DNA of 64,000 bases, from IMG/VR virus record IMGVR_UViG_3300027733_000039, positions 1 to 64,000 of that record. One strand, written 5' to 3'. The translations under genes were made by a program, and so were the position numbers. Shown one piece after another: positions 63,485 to 64,000 of this stretch; the first letter of the stretch is position 1, and the number at the start of each line of letters is the position of its first letter. Below the pieces are notes generated by a model, which was given only the letters and a program-made list of their open reading frames with translations, was not told where the DNA came from and did no database searches. Source of the stretch: a virus.

Positions 63485-64000
63485 GTGCTTACAGACGACG
63501 AACTAGACGAAAACCTTTTAGCCGAAGACGTAGCCGAAGAGTTAGACGAGACTTCGGCAGAGTTTCTTGACGAACTGGTTAAACGCATTATTGTTTTTAC
63601 TGAAGAGTTTTGCGATATTGAACTCTTTCCATACCAAGTTCCTATTGCTTATCGCTTAATTGAATCTGTCATTCTTGGTGACGGCGAAGAAATAACTGTT
63701 GTAGCAACACGTCAGAGTGGTAAGTCTGAAGTGCTCTCTAATGTCATGGCTTCTATGATGGTTATCTTGCCTAAGTTGGCAAAGGTGTACCCAACATGGT
63801 TAGAGAAGTTTGAACGAGGTTTTTGGTGTGGAGTGTTTGCTCCTGTGGAAGACCAAGCCGACACTGTCTTTAGTCGTATCGTTGGCAAGTTAACAAGTGA
63901 GCATGCTCTTGACTTCCTCTTAGACCCTGAGATTGATGACAAAGCCACATCAGGTGGAGCACGAGGTAAGGGACGCATCATCACTCTGAAGCACTCAGGT
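63485..64000 (+). CDS. terL: Terminase large subunit, N-terminal part (3' truncated; not in the ORF track)
   Basis: TATGCT-N6-GTG; LFPYQ, Walker A ATRQSGKSE, VFAPVEDQA; open to the end of the window. Confidence 0.85.
   Translation, partial: MLTDDELDENLLAEDVAEELDETSAEFLDELVKRIIVFTEEFCDIELFPYQVPIAYRLIESVILGDGEEITVVATRQSGKSEVLSNVMASMMVILPKLAKVYPTWLEKFERGFWCGVFAPVEDQADTVFSRIVGKLTSEHALDFLLDPEIDDKATSGGARGKGRIITLKHSG

Noticed and set aside
1-64000. Alternative genetic code or stop-codon recoding
   Set aside because: Standard-code ORFs tile the window densely with intact conserved enzymes, and all three stop codons are used.

Overview
This window is about 64 kb of a tailed dsDNA phage genome. The host is probably an actinobacterium, inferred from two WhiB genes, the DUF2786/TIGR04338-like pair and widespread leaderless TANNNT-N6-ATG starts. 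Layout: (1) 1-12.1 kb (+) replication and recombination: DnaB-like helicase, primase, SNF2 helicase, SSB-like protein, PolA, RecA, two PD-(D/E)xK resolvase-like nucleases, a Cas4-like exonuclease, a TauD-type dioxygenase and SpoVS. (2) 12.1-22.9 kb (+) small basic proteins, a degenerate TGT/DpdA-like protein, nucleotide-processing enzymes, WhiB, a lytic transglycosylase and a glycosyltransferase. (3) 22.9-35 kb (-) a probable early block. It is divided into 11 cassettes, each opened by a covarying structured element (two motif families) and a hairpin that occludes the Shine-Dalgarno (CCT-GAGG-AGG). (4) 35.0-35.9 kb a non-coding divergence region with CRP-type boxes and a DnaA-box cluster. (5) 35.9-44.3 kb leaderless cargo genes: ADP-ribosyltransferase, ParB-like and GNAT-like paralogs with clamp-binding-like motifs, PhyH, a methyltransferase and a Thr-rich surface protein. 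(6) 44.3-61.6 kb a modular tail/fibre array with eight Gly-rich paralogs. (7) An M15 endolysin, a KTSC protein and the start of the large terminase. The most striking unexplained signal is the structured-leader cassette array at 25.8-35.0 kb. All family assignments come from motifs recognised by eye; no searches or folding programs were run.
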